Source of the DNA: an uncultured Acidimicrobiales bacterium
GTDB taxonomy: Bacteria > Actinomycetota > Actinomycetes > Mycobacteriales > QHCE01
Assembly (NCBI GenBank): GCA_963736285.1
Contig: CAVTOA010000003.1
Location: 153,644 to 217,643, forward strand
Length of the DNA: 64,000 bases
Direction: 5' to 3'
A program made the translations under genes and the position numbers. Positions 48,110 through 57,694 of the stretch are shown one piece after another (within the stretch, counting starts at the first letter, position 1; every line of letters starts with the position of its first letter). The notes under the pieces were generated by a model. That model had not been told where the DNA came from. It worked only from the letters and a program-made list of their open reading frames with translations, and ran no database searches.

Positions 48110-49274
48110 TCGCGGAGGAACCCCATTCTCTGCTGGTCCCGTTGACGCTTCGCCCTGCCGGTACCGCATGAACGAGATCGCTGGCCAGACGCCTGCTAGG
48201 TCGAGCCTCGGCCGGCTGAACATCGCCCTCTCGGCTCGCCGAGCGTGGCCGCACAGCCACCTGTTCGACATCGTTTTCTGCTGCGGTGGGCTCGTTTTTT
48301 ACAACCTCATTGAGGTCGGTGTCACCGAAGTGGCCTCGCCGATTTTGCGGGCCGGCCATAGGCTCAGGGTCTTGTTCTGGTTTAAGACCTTGCGGTTGAG
48401 CTTCGTGGCCAAACGATTTACGGGGCTGCGCCGCCACCTCGGCTTGATCGTCTTCCTCCACCTGAGCCGAGTACTGACGTATCTGGTCTGGGTGCGGGAT
48501 GGCCCCCGAAATGCGCGGCCGGTGTCGTGAACCTCTAACTCCTACTCCACCAGAAAAAGCCGCACCGGCTTCCGCCGAGCTCACCGTTGCGTTCGCCGGC
48601 TCCTCGGTCACGGACAGTCCCGGCGCGCTGGAAATGGGGCTTTGCTCCCGCTTCCGCGACCTCTTAGGCACGGGAGAATTATGCGAAGAGGCAACCACCT
48701 CTGAAGTGCCAGAGTCAGCCTCGGCCAAATGATCCGTGATCTCCAACAGCTGTTGCCCGTCTCGGCCCTGATACAGGCTGGCGCGCAGCAGACTCACGGG
48801 AACTCGATAGTCCAACAAGAAATCCACCGATGACTTAATTACTGGGCTGAACTCTGTGGCGATCACGATGAGCCGAGGTTTGGCTGACGTGCTCGACGGC
48901 AGGGCAGCACCGCCGAAACGCTGCCACCCCCGCCAAAAGTCGTCCTCGCCCTGCCCATGCAACTCGGCTAGCTGGTCCATACCGACACCGCGAGCCCAGC
49001 CCACGTGTTCCAACGACTCAGCTAGCTCATCCACACCCAGTGCGAGCGAGACCTGGACTACGACGACGTTGCCCGTGGAATCGAGAGCGAGTACGGATCG
49101 TCGGTTAGCTCGCAATGGTGAAGGTCCACAGTAGACGCGATATAACCGCTCCCCCACCGCATCATCGAGGCTGCGCCACATAATCTGCACCAATGCCTCT
49201 TGATCGGCGGCGGAGTCGGGCGTGATCGAATTTAGCGGTGTGAGGCCGTCCGAGCTCACCTGGAAAAGCGCCAT
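48084..49274 (-). CDS. Hypothetical protein: N-terminal PD-(D/E)xK/NucS-like fold with substituted catalytic residues, plus a ~200-aa disordered tail
   Basis: 'VLALDSTGNVVVVQVSLAL' aligns to the nuclease pattern D..G..V.VE.K, with Q and S at the E and K positions. 'PRLIVIATEFSPVIKSSVDFL' follows. It is downstream of the SSB-like gene on the same strand. Confidence 0.45.
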   Translation of the reverse strand: MALFQVSSDGLTPLNSITPDSAADQEALVQIMWRSLDDAVGERLYRVYCGPSPLRANRRSVLALDSTGNVVVVQVSLALGVDELAESLEHVGWARGVGMDQLAELHGQGEDDFWRGWQRFGGAALPSSTSAKPRLIVIATEFSPVIKSSVDFLLDYRVPVSLLRASLYQGRDGQQLLEITDHLAEADSGTSEVVASSHNSPVPKRSRKREQSPISSAPGLSVTEEPANATVSSAEAGAAFSGGVGVRGSRHRPRISGAIPHPDQIRQYSAQVEEDDQAEVAAQPRKSFGHEAQPQGLKPEQDPEPMAGPQNRRGHFGDTDLNEVVKNEPTAAENDVEQVAVRPRSASREGDVQPAEARPSRRLASDLVHAVPAGRSVNGTSREWGSSATILDDPDS

Positions 49275-49398
49275 GGGGGGATCCCTTCCTGTCAGCTTGT
49301 AAAACGATCAAGCCCGCGGTTAGACGCGGATAGGTGAACGAGAAAACCTGCGAACCGATATGCGCCACGCCACAAACCTGTGGAACGACGGCTACTGC

Positions 49399-49818
49399 CT
49401 ATGCGGCCACCATCTCCACCATGTTGTCGACTTCTGTATCTACATCGGCTGGTGGCAGATCACGGTTTCGGGTAAAGCTAGAACGGCCTTTACTCAAATC
49501 GAAACCCACGGCCGTTGCATCCAACTCACAACCAACCCGACGTTGTTCGTTCACTGTATAGCTACGGGTATAAAGCCGACCCATCACCACAACCGGATCG
49601 CCTTTGGCCACGCTGTGGGCTACATTGTCGCCCAGCGTCCGCCAGCAGTTGACCTTGATGAATAACGAATCACCATCACCGAACGCCCCTGTCGCACGAT
49701 CGAAGCGTCGCGATGTAGACGCCACTCGTAGGTTGGCAACGGTAACGCCGGAATCTAGCTTCTGCCACTGCGGGTCGTCCACGACATTGCCGACGATCGT
49801 AATAAGCGTTTCGAGCAT
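49399..49818 (-). CDS. Single-stranded DNA-binding protein paralog lacking the acidic C-terminal tip (Rv2478c-like)
   Basis: OB-fold blocks 'ITIVGNVVDDP', 'VANLRVAST', 'DSLFIKVNCWRTLGDNV', 'GDPVVVMGRL'. Confidence 0.8.
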   Translation of the reverse strand: MLETLITIVGNVVDDPQWQKLDSGVTVANLRVASTSRRFDRATGAFGDGDSLFIKVNCWRTLGDNVAHSVAKGDPVVVMGRLYTRSYTVNEQRRVGCELDATAVGFDLSKGRSSFTRNRDLPPADVDTEVDNMVEMVAA

Positions 49819-50117
49819 GAGAACCCCTTCTTAGCCCCTCACAAGCTCGCGTCGATGACCGTTAACTCGCGGCGGCCAGACGCAATCTTCTGTCCAATGC
49901 GAACCCTCCATGACCGAATGAATCTTGCGTGAATCTCAAGGAACTCCGGTCGGGTAGTCCGTACGAACGAGACTGACAGCTCAACGGCGAACGGAAAATC
50001 GCGGCAACGCATCTGTGGATGACGGGCTCCGTTGTGGACAGCGGCTCTATTCTCACCATCTCTGATAGAGCGCACGCTACGTGCACAGCTGCGCGAAGAG
50101 CAAGGGCACAAATAGCG

Positions 50118-50169
50118 CACAAAAGACTGTGGCCGTCGTGCGTCCAAAATGGAGCACAACGGCCACAGT
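50118..50169 (-). terminator. Intrinsic terminator of the LPXTG gene at 50227..51444
   Basis: On the minus strand: ACTGTGGCCGT, 22-nt loop, ACGGCCACAGT, followed by CTTTTGTG. Confidence 0.6.
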
Positions 50170-50226
50170 GATAGACCGAACGTACTAAACAGCGATGCCT
50201 TAGCGAGAGCTACAGGCTGCGAAGGA

Positions 50227-51444
50227 CTATGCCTTGGCAGAACCCTCGCTGGCAGCGCTACGGCGACGACGGGTCACGATGTACAGTGCCGCACCACCGC
50301 CGATGAGGAGCGCACCCACACCCGCGAACAGGCCGGCCTGCGCACCGGTCACGGGTAGAGAGCTGCCGCCCTCGCCGCCGTTGGCCTGATTGTCATAGCT
50401 GACCTGCGCGGCCTGCTTGACGGGCAAAGTGCCGCCAGTGACCACCATGGCGGGGTTGACCTGGCCGCTCGTGACAGTTGCGAGTACCTGTCCAACAGCT
50501 TCCTGTGGACCGCCAACTGCCTCGAGCAGGACCTTGCCCTTGTCCGCACCTTTAGGAAGAGCTACAAAGTAGTCCTTACCTGCCTGAAGCTCGGTTACTT
50601 TGTTACCAGCCTCATCCAGCAACTGACCGCTCGCTGGGTTGGCAAGGTTCACATTGACGTCCTTCGCGGCGTCGGGAGCCTTAACGGGCCCGAGCAAACG
50701 AGTGGTGTCGCCACCCACCTTGTCCTTCAACGCAGCGGGCAAGTCGGTGACACTCGGTGCGCCAGTCTCTGGCAAGTCCAATGCCGACATTTCTTGAACA
50801 GGGGCACCGACGTTGGCCTTGCTGGTCAAGTAGTTGTAAAGGTCGGCAACCGCTGGTGGGTTACCAGCTGAAGCCAGCTTGGTTCCGTCGGAGAAATGCC
50901 AGACAGCGGCCTGAGTCGCGGCGACGGCTTGCTGTGGGGTGAGCGCTTCGCCTACGGGCAGGTTGGCCTTACCCGCGAGGCTCTGGACCAAGGAGGTGAC
51001 ATCGCCAGGGTTGGCGTCCGCAATGGCCGCGTTCTTCACGATCCACTGGATGCGTTCCAGGGCGCCCTTCGGCAGATTGGCAGCAGAAGTGGCGTTAGCG
51101 AGCGGAAGCTGGCCATTCTCCAACTTCTGAGCTGGGTCTAGCGAGAAGCCTTGGACGGTTTGACCGTCTTGCTCGGCGGCAAGCATCTGAGTCGGCAGCT
51201 TTTGGGTCGCTCCGCCAGGGCCTTCGGCGACAATCGACCCGACGGTGCCGGGGACAGCAGTGACATGAGAAGGCACAGCCGTGGCCTGACCCGGAACGCT
51301 TTGCACGGTACCGGTGACGGTGGAAAGGTCCGGAGCAACGTCGGCGACCGCGGCTGACGAGTAGGTCATAGCAGCGATCGCGGCTACACCTGCGGCGCCA
51401 ACAATGCGCAAAGATCGACCACGGAATTGACGTGGGGAAGACAA
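50227..51444 (-). CDS. LPXTG-anchored surface protein with a TQXA (thioester-type) domain in which the Cys position is Ser
   Basis: Signal peptide present. 'GFSLDPAQ' aligns to 'MYCIDLKTDAQ' of the paralog. 'ERIQWIVKN' and 'AVAATQAAVWHFSDG' match the domain. Sorting signal 'LPVTGAQAGLFAGVGALLIGGGAALYIVTRRRR'. The protein contains no Cys at all. Confidence 0.8.
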   Translation of the reverse strand: MSSPRQFRGRSLRIVGAAGVAAIAAMTYSSAAVADVAPDLSTVTGTVQSVPGQATAVPSHVTAVPGTVGSIVAEGPGGATQKLPTQMLAAEQDGQTVQGFSLDPAQKLENGQLPLANATSAANLPKGALERIQWIVKNAAIADANPGDVTSLVQSLAGKANLPVGEALTPQQAVAATQAAVWHFSDGTKLASAGNPPAVADLYNYLTSKANVGAPVQEMSALDLPETGAPSVTDLPAALKDKVGGDTTRLLGPVKAPDAAKDVNVNLANPASGQLLDEAGNKVTELQAGKDYFVALPKGADKGKVLLEAVGGPQEAVGQVLATVTSGQVNPAMVVTGGTLPVKQAAQVSYDNQANGGEGGSSLPVTGAQAGLFAGVGALLIGGGAALYIVTRRRRSAASEGSAKA

Positions 51445-51600
51445 GGGTTTTACCTCCCAGTAATGGGCTTAATGCGCGCTTCTATGAAGGGGGTATCGCA
51501 ACGCGCGCTTTTTAGAGGACGCGAGCGAGCGTAGTAAAACCCACGTCATTAAATCCACCCCGATTAACAATTAATAGAAATAAAAGACACTGCTTTGTTT

Positions 51601-51653
51601 TGTGAATACTGTAAATGGCAAGTATTTACATGCATAATTAGCAAATATTCACA
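51601..51653. promoter_or_regulatory. Nested inverted repeats in an AT-rich region upstream of the LPXTG gene
   Basis: TGTGAATA (51601-51608) / TATTCACA (51646-51653) enclose TGTAAAT (51610-51616) / ATTTACA (51624-51630). Confidence 0.35.
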
Positions 51654-51815
51654 TTGTGTATTACTACTGCAACTTTAAGTAAAGAATAGTTGCCGACTGG
51701 GTACAGCAGTGGCAAAAACGTTCAGGCGCAACAGGTCGGTTAAGCTGTGCACCTGACTCACCTCGCCAAAATTGGCATCGCCAACAACGACCCCGGCCAG
51801 TCAAGGCGAGTCGGA

Positions 51816-51888
51816 GCGCCCGTAGCTCAGTGGATAGAGCATCGGACTTCTAATCCGACGGTCGCAGGTTCGAATCCTGCCGGGCGCG
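51816..51888 (+). tRNA. tRNA-Arg (anticodon TCT)
   Basis: Acceptor GCGCCCG/CGGGCGC, anticodon arm TCGGA-CTTCTAA-TCCGA, T-loop TTCGAAT. Confidence 0.9.
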
Positions 51889-52315
51889 CAATCTGGGGCT
51901 TTTTTCAAAATCCTGGTTCGTCGGAATCGCCACGATCATGTCTCCGCAGAAATTGCCTGAGGTGCTTCATCGGAGTACGTCACGAACCGACCTGGGATAC
52001 ATCCGCCGTCGTTGTGCGGGTCGCGCCGCCCAACTCCCCTCATGGAACTGAATCCACGGCATTTCATCAATTTTCGGACAATTTTCGACTTTGCTGTAAT
52101 GAAAGTTCTTCACCGCACGTTTTAGTAGTGACACGTGCGTGCAACAGCGCGCTTAGCGTCTCTTGTGGCTCAGGACGGAGGTTGACTATCGGCAAACTCA
52201 CAACCCGGTTTTCCACAGCTACCCCGTATTTACCTGCGCACTTATCGGAAAACCCGTATATTAATTTGGTCTGTTATCACCTGAAGCACTTCGCTTCACC
52301 AAAAGAATTGACGAG

Positions 52316-53446
52316 ATGCACACAAACCTAAAAAAGGGCCTGCGTCGCGCTGCGGGCCTATTCACGCTGACGGCCACCGCTGCCGCCCTAGTCCTCGGGT
52401 TCCTCGCCCAACCTGTTGCGGCCAAGCCAGTTGAGGGCCAGCTTCTTCAGAGCCGCGACTGGGGATCTGACGTCCACATCAAGGGCGAAAATCACGCCAT
52501 CCAAACGGCATTGTTCACGTTGCAGCTACAAGACAAGTCCCAGCTCACCATGTACTGCATCGACCTGAAGACCGATGCGCAGAGCGGTACGACCTACGTC
52601 GAAGACAAATGGAGCAACTACCCTGGTGAGGGCAAGTTCAAGGCCCAGCCCGAGAAGGTCAACTGGATTCTGCACAACTCTTACCCCTCGGTAAATCTGG
52701 CTCTGTTGCAAGACCTCGCCGGCATCGACACCCTGTCTAAAAAGGACGCAATTGCTGGTACTCAGGCGGCGATCTGGTACTTCAGCAATGGTGGCGAACT
52801 GACCGACGACAACAACGCGGTAGTGAAGGCGCTCTACACCTTCCTCACGGGCCCGGCCAACATTGGCATCAAGTCCGAGCCGAAGGCTTCGTTGACGATC
52901 GACCCAGACACCGCTACTGGTAAGGCCGGCGACAAGATCGGTCCGTTCACCGTCACGTCCAACGCCACGTCAGTTCCGCTCCAGTTCACCGGTGATGGTG
53001 GCGCAACTTTGGTAGACGAAAACGACAATGTTGTCACCACCGCTACCAACGGCAGCAAGCTGTACGTCAAGGTTCCGGCTGACGCAAAAGATGGTCAGGC
53101 CACTATCGATGCCACGGTCAACACGACCGTCGAAACTGGTCGGTTGTTCTTGGGCAAGAACCACAAGAAGACCCAGACCCTGATCACCGCTAAGACCACG
53201 CAGACCAAGGTCAGCGACAGCGTGTGTGCCAAGTGGACCGCTACTCCGGTTACTCCGACCACCCCGGTTCCGAGCACTCCCGTGCAGACCACTCCTGTTG
53301 CGCACACTCCAAGCCAGCCGACTCTGCCAGTAACGGGCGCACAGGCCGGCTTGTTCGCCGTCCTCGGTGTTGTCCTTGTTGGTGGTGGCGCAGCGCTATT
53401 CATTACCACGCGTCGTCGCAAGAACGCCGCTAAGGCCGCCTCCTAA
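52316..53446 (+). CDS. LPXTG-anchored Cys-Gln thioester-domain (TQXA) surface adhesin
   Basis: Signal peptide present. Thioester Cys motif 'MYCIDL', then 'EKVNWILHNSYP', then Gln motif 'IAGTQAAIWYFSNGG'. Sorting signal 'LPVTGAQAGLFAVLGVVLVGGGAALFITTRRRK'. Confidence 0.85.
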   Translation: MHTNLKKGLRRAAGLFTLTATAAALVLGFLAQPVAAKPVEGQLLQSRDWGSDVHIKGENHAIQTALFTLQLQDKSQLTMYCIDLKTDAQSGTTYVEDKWSNYPGEGKFKAQPEKVNWILHNSYPSVNLALLQDLAGIDTLSKKDAIAGTQAAIWYFSNGGELTDDNNAVVKALYTFLTGPANIGIKSEPKASLTIDPDTATGKAGDKIGPFTVTSNATSVPLQFTGDGGATLVDENDNVVTTATNGSKLYVKVPADAKDGQATIDATVNTTVETGRLFLGKNHKKTQTLITAKTTQTKVSDSVCAKWTATPVTPTTPVPSTPVQTTPVAHTPSQPTLPVTGAQAGLFAVLGVVLVGGGAALFITTRRRKNAAKAAS

Positions 53447-53475
53447 GCTCTTCGAGCAGGCGTATCGCACGATCA

Positions 53476-53527
53476 CAGTGGCCCGCACGGTCTTTGTACA
53501 AGACCGTGCGGGCCACTGTTGTTGTCG
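53476..53527 (+). terminator. Intrinsic terminator (19-bp perfect stem plus T-rich tail)
   Basis: CAGTGGCCCGCACGGTCTT..AAGACCGTGCGGGCCACTG followed by TTGTTGTTG, between convergent genes. Confidence 0.75.
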
Positions 53528-53580
53528 CACCACAGGCAATCGCTGAAGCGGTGTGAATCCGGACCGGACCGCGAGCGCTG

Positions 53581-54555
53581 CTACGCGGCCTCTAAGCCAG
53601 CGGGGCCGGCGAGCGAGCGCAACTGACGTAACGCGGCCGACTCGAGCTGCCGGACCCGCTCTCGGCTAAGCCCCAAGGTTCCGGCGATCTCGGTCAGCGA
53701 CTGTTCTCTACCATCTTCCATGCCGAAACGAGCCCGGATGATGAGCGCCGAACGCGTATCCAACTCTGTAATCAACCGTTCCAGCCGGTCTTTTTCGACA
53801 TCGGCGACCACTAGCTCTTCTGGCGACGGCTCATCGATATCGGCAACAAGGTCGGAGAGCGGCGTCTCTTCGTCTTCGCCTACCGGCGTGTCCAGACTGA
53901 CCGCCTCCCGGGAAAACGTAATCAGCTCCTCGATGCGCTCGGGCTCAACGTCGAGCGCGCCGGCCAACTCGACCGACTCTGGTTCTCGCCCCAGCTCACG
54001 AGTGAGTTCACGTCGCAAGGAACGCATCCGGTTGATTTCTTCAACCAGATGTACCGGCAACCGCACCACCCGAGCCTGTTGTGCGATAGCACGACTAATG
54101 GCCTGACGAATCCACCAAGTGGCATAGGTGGAAAACTTGAACCCCTTGCGGTAGTCGAACTTTTCGACCGCCCGCACCAAGCCCGAGTTGCCTTCCTGAA
54201 TGAGGTCTAGCAGCGGCATCGCCGCACGGGTGTACCGGCGTGCGATCGAGACCACCAGTCGCAGGTTAGCGACGATGAAGGTTTCTTTCGCCCGATACCC
54301 CTCGGCCGCGAGACGTTGCAGCTCCCGCCTGGTCACTCCTGCGGGGAGTTGGTCCTCTGGGCCAGCTAATAGGTGGTCGGCATATAGCCCAGCCTCTACC
54401 GACTTCGACAGATCTACTTCGCCCATCGCGTCGAGTAGCGGCGTCTGGCTAATCTCGTGTAGGTATGTTCCGACGAGGTCACGCTCAAGCAGCGCCGCAT
54501 CGGCGGCGTCCCTGCGGACTCGCCTCGCATCCCGCTCTTGCGGAGCCTCGGCCAT
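53581..54555 (-). CDS. Group-2 (SigB-like) sigma-70 family RNA polymerase sigma factor
   Basis: Region 2 'DLIQEGNSGLVRAVEKFDYRKGFKFSTYATWWIRQAI' and region 4.2 'LSRERVRQLESAALRQL'. ATG 54555 with an AAGGAG RBS. The ORF-track extension was trimmed. Confidence 0.9.
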   Translation of the reverse strand: MAEAPQERDARRVRRDAADAALLERDLVGTYLHEISQTPLLDAMGEVDLSKSVEAGLYADHLLAGPEDQLPAGVTRRELQRLAAEGYRAKETFIVANLRLVVSIARRYTRAAMPLLDLIQEGNSGLVRAVEKFDYRKGFKFSTYATWWIRQAISRAIAQQARVVRLPVHLVEEINRMRSLRRELTRELGREPESVELAGALDVEPERIEELITFSREAVSLDTPVGEDEETPLSDLVADIDEPSPEELVVADVEKDRLERLITELDTRSALIIRARFGMEDGREQSLTEIAGTLGLSRERVRQLESAALRQLRSLAGPAGLEAA

Positions 54556-54610
54556 AACCGCTCCTTTCGCCGTCACCGATTGCACCTGATGTTGAGCACA
54601 ACCCCGTGCG

Positions 54611-55180
54611 ATGACAAAAGATTCCAAGCCGACGGTACTGTTCGCTGTGATGTCCCCATCAGAGCCAATTAACGCGGGTTTTACCCAGCCCGGCAGTCTC
54701 ACCTCATTCGTTGACGCGATGGCCGAATTCGCCACCGGCGTCACTGTTGTCTGCGTCCGAGATCCAGACGACGACGGCGACGTCGGCATGACGGCAACAT
54801 CATTTGCCTCAGTAGCGCTCTCACCTCCCATGATCTCAATCGGCGTGGTGGAAACGTCCTACACCCATGAGGTGCTCAGTCGGGCGTCGCGATGGTCGGT
54901 CACCGTACTCAGCGCGCATCAGCGCGCCCTGGCCGGTCGGTTTGGCGTCGCTGGCCGACCCAGCCCACGGCTATTGCTTGCTGGCGAACCACATCACCGC
55001 GGGGCTATGAGCGGCGCGCTGGTTATCGACGAGGGCCTGACCGCGCTGGAATGTGAAACCGAACAGCGCATCGTGGCTGGGGACCACACGGTGCTGATTG
55101 CCCGAGTCCTGGACATCGCTTATGTCAATTCGAAAAAAGAGCCACTGCTGAGGTTTCGACGAGGTTACAGCGCGCTGTAA
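54611..55180 (+). CDS. Flavin reductase family protein (FMN-binding split barrel)
   Basis: 'FATGVTVVC', 'GMTATSFASVALSPPMISI', 'GDHTVLIARV'. Confidence 0.8.
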   Translation: MTKDSKPTVLFAVMSPSEPINAGFTQPGSLTSFVDAMAEFATGVTVVCVRDPDDDGDVGMTATSFASVALSPPMISIGVVETSYTHEVLSRASRWSVTVLSAHQRALAGRFGVAGRPSPRLLLAGEPHHRGAMSGALVIDEGLTALECETEQRIVAGDHTVLIARVLDIAYVNSKKEPLLRFRRGYSAL

Positions 55181-55247
55181 TGTCCCTTTTGGGAGAGGCT
55201 GTCGGGATTCACCCGCATAACGCCTCTTGGAGAGGGGGCTCCTCCGC

Positions 55248-55574
55248 ATGTCAGCTCACCGTAGCGTCGTCATGGATCCGCTGCAGGCTACACAGACTCT
55301 TAGCCGCGCCCGCACACACGACGCCGATCCCGCCCGCTACCTAGCGCGCTATTTGGGCCATGGTGCTTATCCGGCAACCGGGGCGGCTCTGCTTACCCGA
55401 CTCCGTAATCAGCAAGCGCCGGCCGCACTGGTTGATTCCCTGTCACGGCTATCCAGTCGGCAAATCTTCTACAGCTTGACCGACGTCTACACCGCGCTTG
55501 GGGTGCACGCCATTCAGTCACGTGGCCCGTGGGAGGAAGCGTTCTCCTGGCCGGGCACGGTGGTTCCCAGCTAG
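55248..55574 (+). CDS. DUF2795-like small protein
   Basis: 'YLGHGAYPATGAALLTRLRNQQAPAALVDSL..YSLTDVYTALG' fits the DUF2795 pattern. The start is uncertain. Confidence 0.5.
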   Translation: MSAHRSVVMDPLQATQTLSRARTHDADPARYLARYLGHGAYPATGAALLTRLRNQQAPAALVDSLSRLSSRQIFYSLTDVYTALGVHAIQSRGPWEEAFSWPGTVVPS

Positions 55575-56614
55575 GTGCCAATCTCAATCACCGCTTTGAT
55601 GTCATCGTCGCGGTGCGTGGTGGTCTCCGCGAAATTCGCCAGCGGAACCCTGCGGGTGATCAGCGATTCGAGCCATCCTCGATCTGCCTCCGCCAGCGTT
55701 ATTGCCGCGGCCAGATAGTGGCGCCTGTTGGCATTGACCGAACCAAACACCACATCGTTTTCGAGCACTGCTTCGCGCCCAAACCCGCCCGCGTCAAAAG
55801 GAACTGTGCGACCCCGAGTGGACACACCGGTCAGGCAGACAATGCCGTTGGCCCCATTGCGGGACATGACATCGACGACCAACGCCGGCGCTCCGGTGCA
55901 CTCCAACACGATGTCTGGCACAACCGGAAGGTCCTCGATGGCGCCGTAGTGGTAGATCGCCCCCATCTTTTGAACAAGTTCCGGCTTGGGGCCATCGGCG
56001 CGCTGGTCAAACACGTGCACATCCAGACCTTCGCGAACCCCTAACATCGCGGCCAACTGACCGATTGGGCCCGCACCGGTGACGAGAACAGTGTGGGGTG
56101 CAAAGGTGGCCCGCGCGCCGATCCGCTTAATCTGCTCCCAAGCCTTGGTCACGATGGTCAACGGCTCCATCAGCACCCCCACTGAGCTCAGTGACGCATC
56201 CAACGCGACGGCACATTCTGGGCGCAACCGGTAGCGTTCTCGGGCAAAACCGTGCAAACCCTTGATGCCGTGCTCTGTGTACTGGCCGTTGTCGCACATG
56301 TCTGCTTCTCCCGCAGCGCAGTTGACGCAGGGCACCGGATCGGGCACCCGCACAATCCCCACGACCAAGTCACCTGGCGCAAATGTGCCGGAGGAGTCTT
56401 CGATCACGCGCCCCAACGACTCATGCCCAAGCACCAAACGGTCTTCGTCCGGAGGTGCCTCGCCATACTCGTTGGCCATAATCTCTAGATCTGTGCCGCA
56501 CACTCCTACCGCGAGTCCTTCGACCAATACCGCACCCTCTGACACGTCTGGTTCGCCTATCTCCGCAATCGAAGCCGAGTCAGCCACACCCGGTTGAACG
56601 GTCAAAGCCTTCAT
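55571..56614 (-). CDS. Zinc-dependent MDR dehydrogenase (glucose/threonine-dehydrogenase-like)
   Basis: 'GVCGTDLEI', 'LGHESLGRV' and Rossmann 'VTGAGPIGQL'. ATG 56614. Confidence 0.85.
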   Translation of the reverse strand: MKALTVQPGVADSASIAEIGEPDVSEGAVLVEGLAVGVCGTDLEIMANEYGEAPPDEDRLVLGHESLGRVIEDSSGTFAPGDLVVGIVRVPDPVPCVNCAAGEADMCDNGQYTEHGIKGLHGFARERYRLRPECAVALDASLSSVGVLMEPLTIVTKAWEQIKRIGARATFAPHTVLVTGAGPIGQLAAMLGVREGLDVHVFDQRADGPKPELVQKMGAIYHYGAIEDLPVVPDIVLECTGAPALVVDVMSRNGANGIVCLTGVSTRGRTVPFDAGGFGREAVLENDVVFGSVNANRRHYLAAAITLAEADRGWLESLITRRVPLANFAETTTHRDDDIKAVIEIGT

Positions 56615-56767
56615 CGCTACTCCATATCTGTGCCATCTGAGGTCGAACAATGATGCCCTTTTTCTACCCAAAATGCGGATAACGCCTATACGTCTAGTAT
56701 TGGCCGACGTCTTCACGGAACGAGCACGCCGCGGTCGGCAACAAACGTCACAGAGCTGGAACGTAGA

Positions 56768-57421
56768 GTGACCGACGTGGCAGACAAAACGACAGATCGC
56801 CTCGTGTGGATCGATTGCGAAATGACTGGGCTAAGCCTTACGGACGATGCACTTATCGAGGTCGCGGCGCTCGTAACCGACTCCGAGCTCACCATTCTTG
56901 GAGAAGGCGTCGATGTCGTCATTCATGCCGACGATGCCGCCCTGGAAGCCATGCCCGAGGTCGTGCGCGCCATGCATGGCAAGTCGGGCCTCACCGAAGA
57001 AGTCCGCGCCTCGACCGTCAGCATGGCTGAGGCAGAACAACGAATCTTCGATTACATCGCCACCCACGTTCCCGAACCGCGAACCGCTCCCCTATGTGGC
57101 AACTCCATCGGCACCGACCGCGGCTTCATCGCCCGCGACATGCCTCGGCTCAACGATTACCTGCACTACCGCATGGTCGACGTGTCTTCGGTCAAAGAAC
57201 TCTGCCGACGGTGGTATCCACGTGTCTATTTTGGACAGCCAGAAAAAGGGCTGGCGCATCGCGCACTCGCCGACATCAAAGAAAGCATCCGCGAGCTCGC
57301 CTACTATCGACGCTCAATATTTGTGCCACTACCCGGGCCAGACGTCGACGAGGCACGAGCGATCGCGAAGCAAGTCACTGTCGATAACGGCCATGCTGGC
57401 ACAGGGGTGGCAACCGAGTAG
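56768..57421 (+). CDS. orn: Oligoribonuclease
   Basis: DEDDh motifs '[11 protein letters not shown]', '[10 protein letters not shown]', '[12 protein letters not shown]'. Confidence 0.92.
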   Translation: MTDVADKTTDRLVWIDCEMTGLSLTDDALIEVAALVTDSELTILGEGVDVVIHADDAALEAMPEVVRAMHGKSGLTEEVRASTVSMAEAEQRIFDYIATHVPEPRTAPLCGNSIGTDRGFIARDMPRLNDYLHYRMVDVSSVKELCRRWYPRVYFGQPEKGLAHRALADIKESIRELAYYRRSIFVPLPGPDVDEARAIAKQVTVDNGHAGTGVATE

Positions 57422-57511
57422 CGAGGCCCTCCAGCGATACGGCTATGATGTTGCAGGTTCCTCGGCCTTGCACATCTAGCCGTTCTGGCTCGTAGCGCAT
57501 GCCGTAAACAT

Positions 57512-57585
57512 GGTGGCTGTAGCTCAGTTGGTAGAGCACCGGGTTGTGGTCCCGGGTGTCGTGGGTTCAAGTCCCATCAGTCACC
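57512..57585 (+). tRNA. tRNA-His (anticodon GTG) with encoded G-1
   Basis: G-1 plus acceptor GTGGCTG/CAGTCAC, anticodon loop TTGTGGT, T-loop TTCAAGT. Confidence 0.9.
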
Positions 57586-57600
57586 CCGCGAATACCCAGC

Positions 57601-57639
57601 AGGTGAGTGTCTTCATGTCGAGGACACTCACCTTTTTTT
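57601..57639 (+). terminator. Canonical intrinsic terminator after tRNA-His
   Basis: AGGTGAGTGTC, 11-nt loop, GACACTCACCT, followed by a T6 run. Confidence 0.85.
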
Positions 57640-57694
57640 GCGCGCGCCACCACGGCTCGCACGAGCCAAGAGTCGACGGGCACGAGACCCCGCG

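Noticed and set aside
49839-50117. Small ORFs or an sRNA in the ~300-bp gap upstream of the SSB-like gene.
   Set aside because: The ORFs (86-106 aa) are Cys/Arg-rich with no RBS. I found no conserved RNA motif. Only the adhesin terminator at 50118-50169 is supported.
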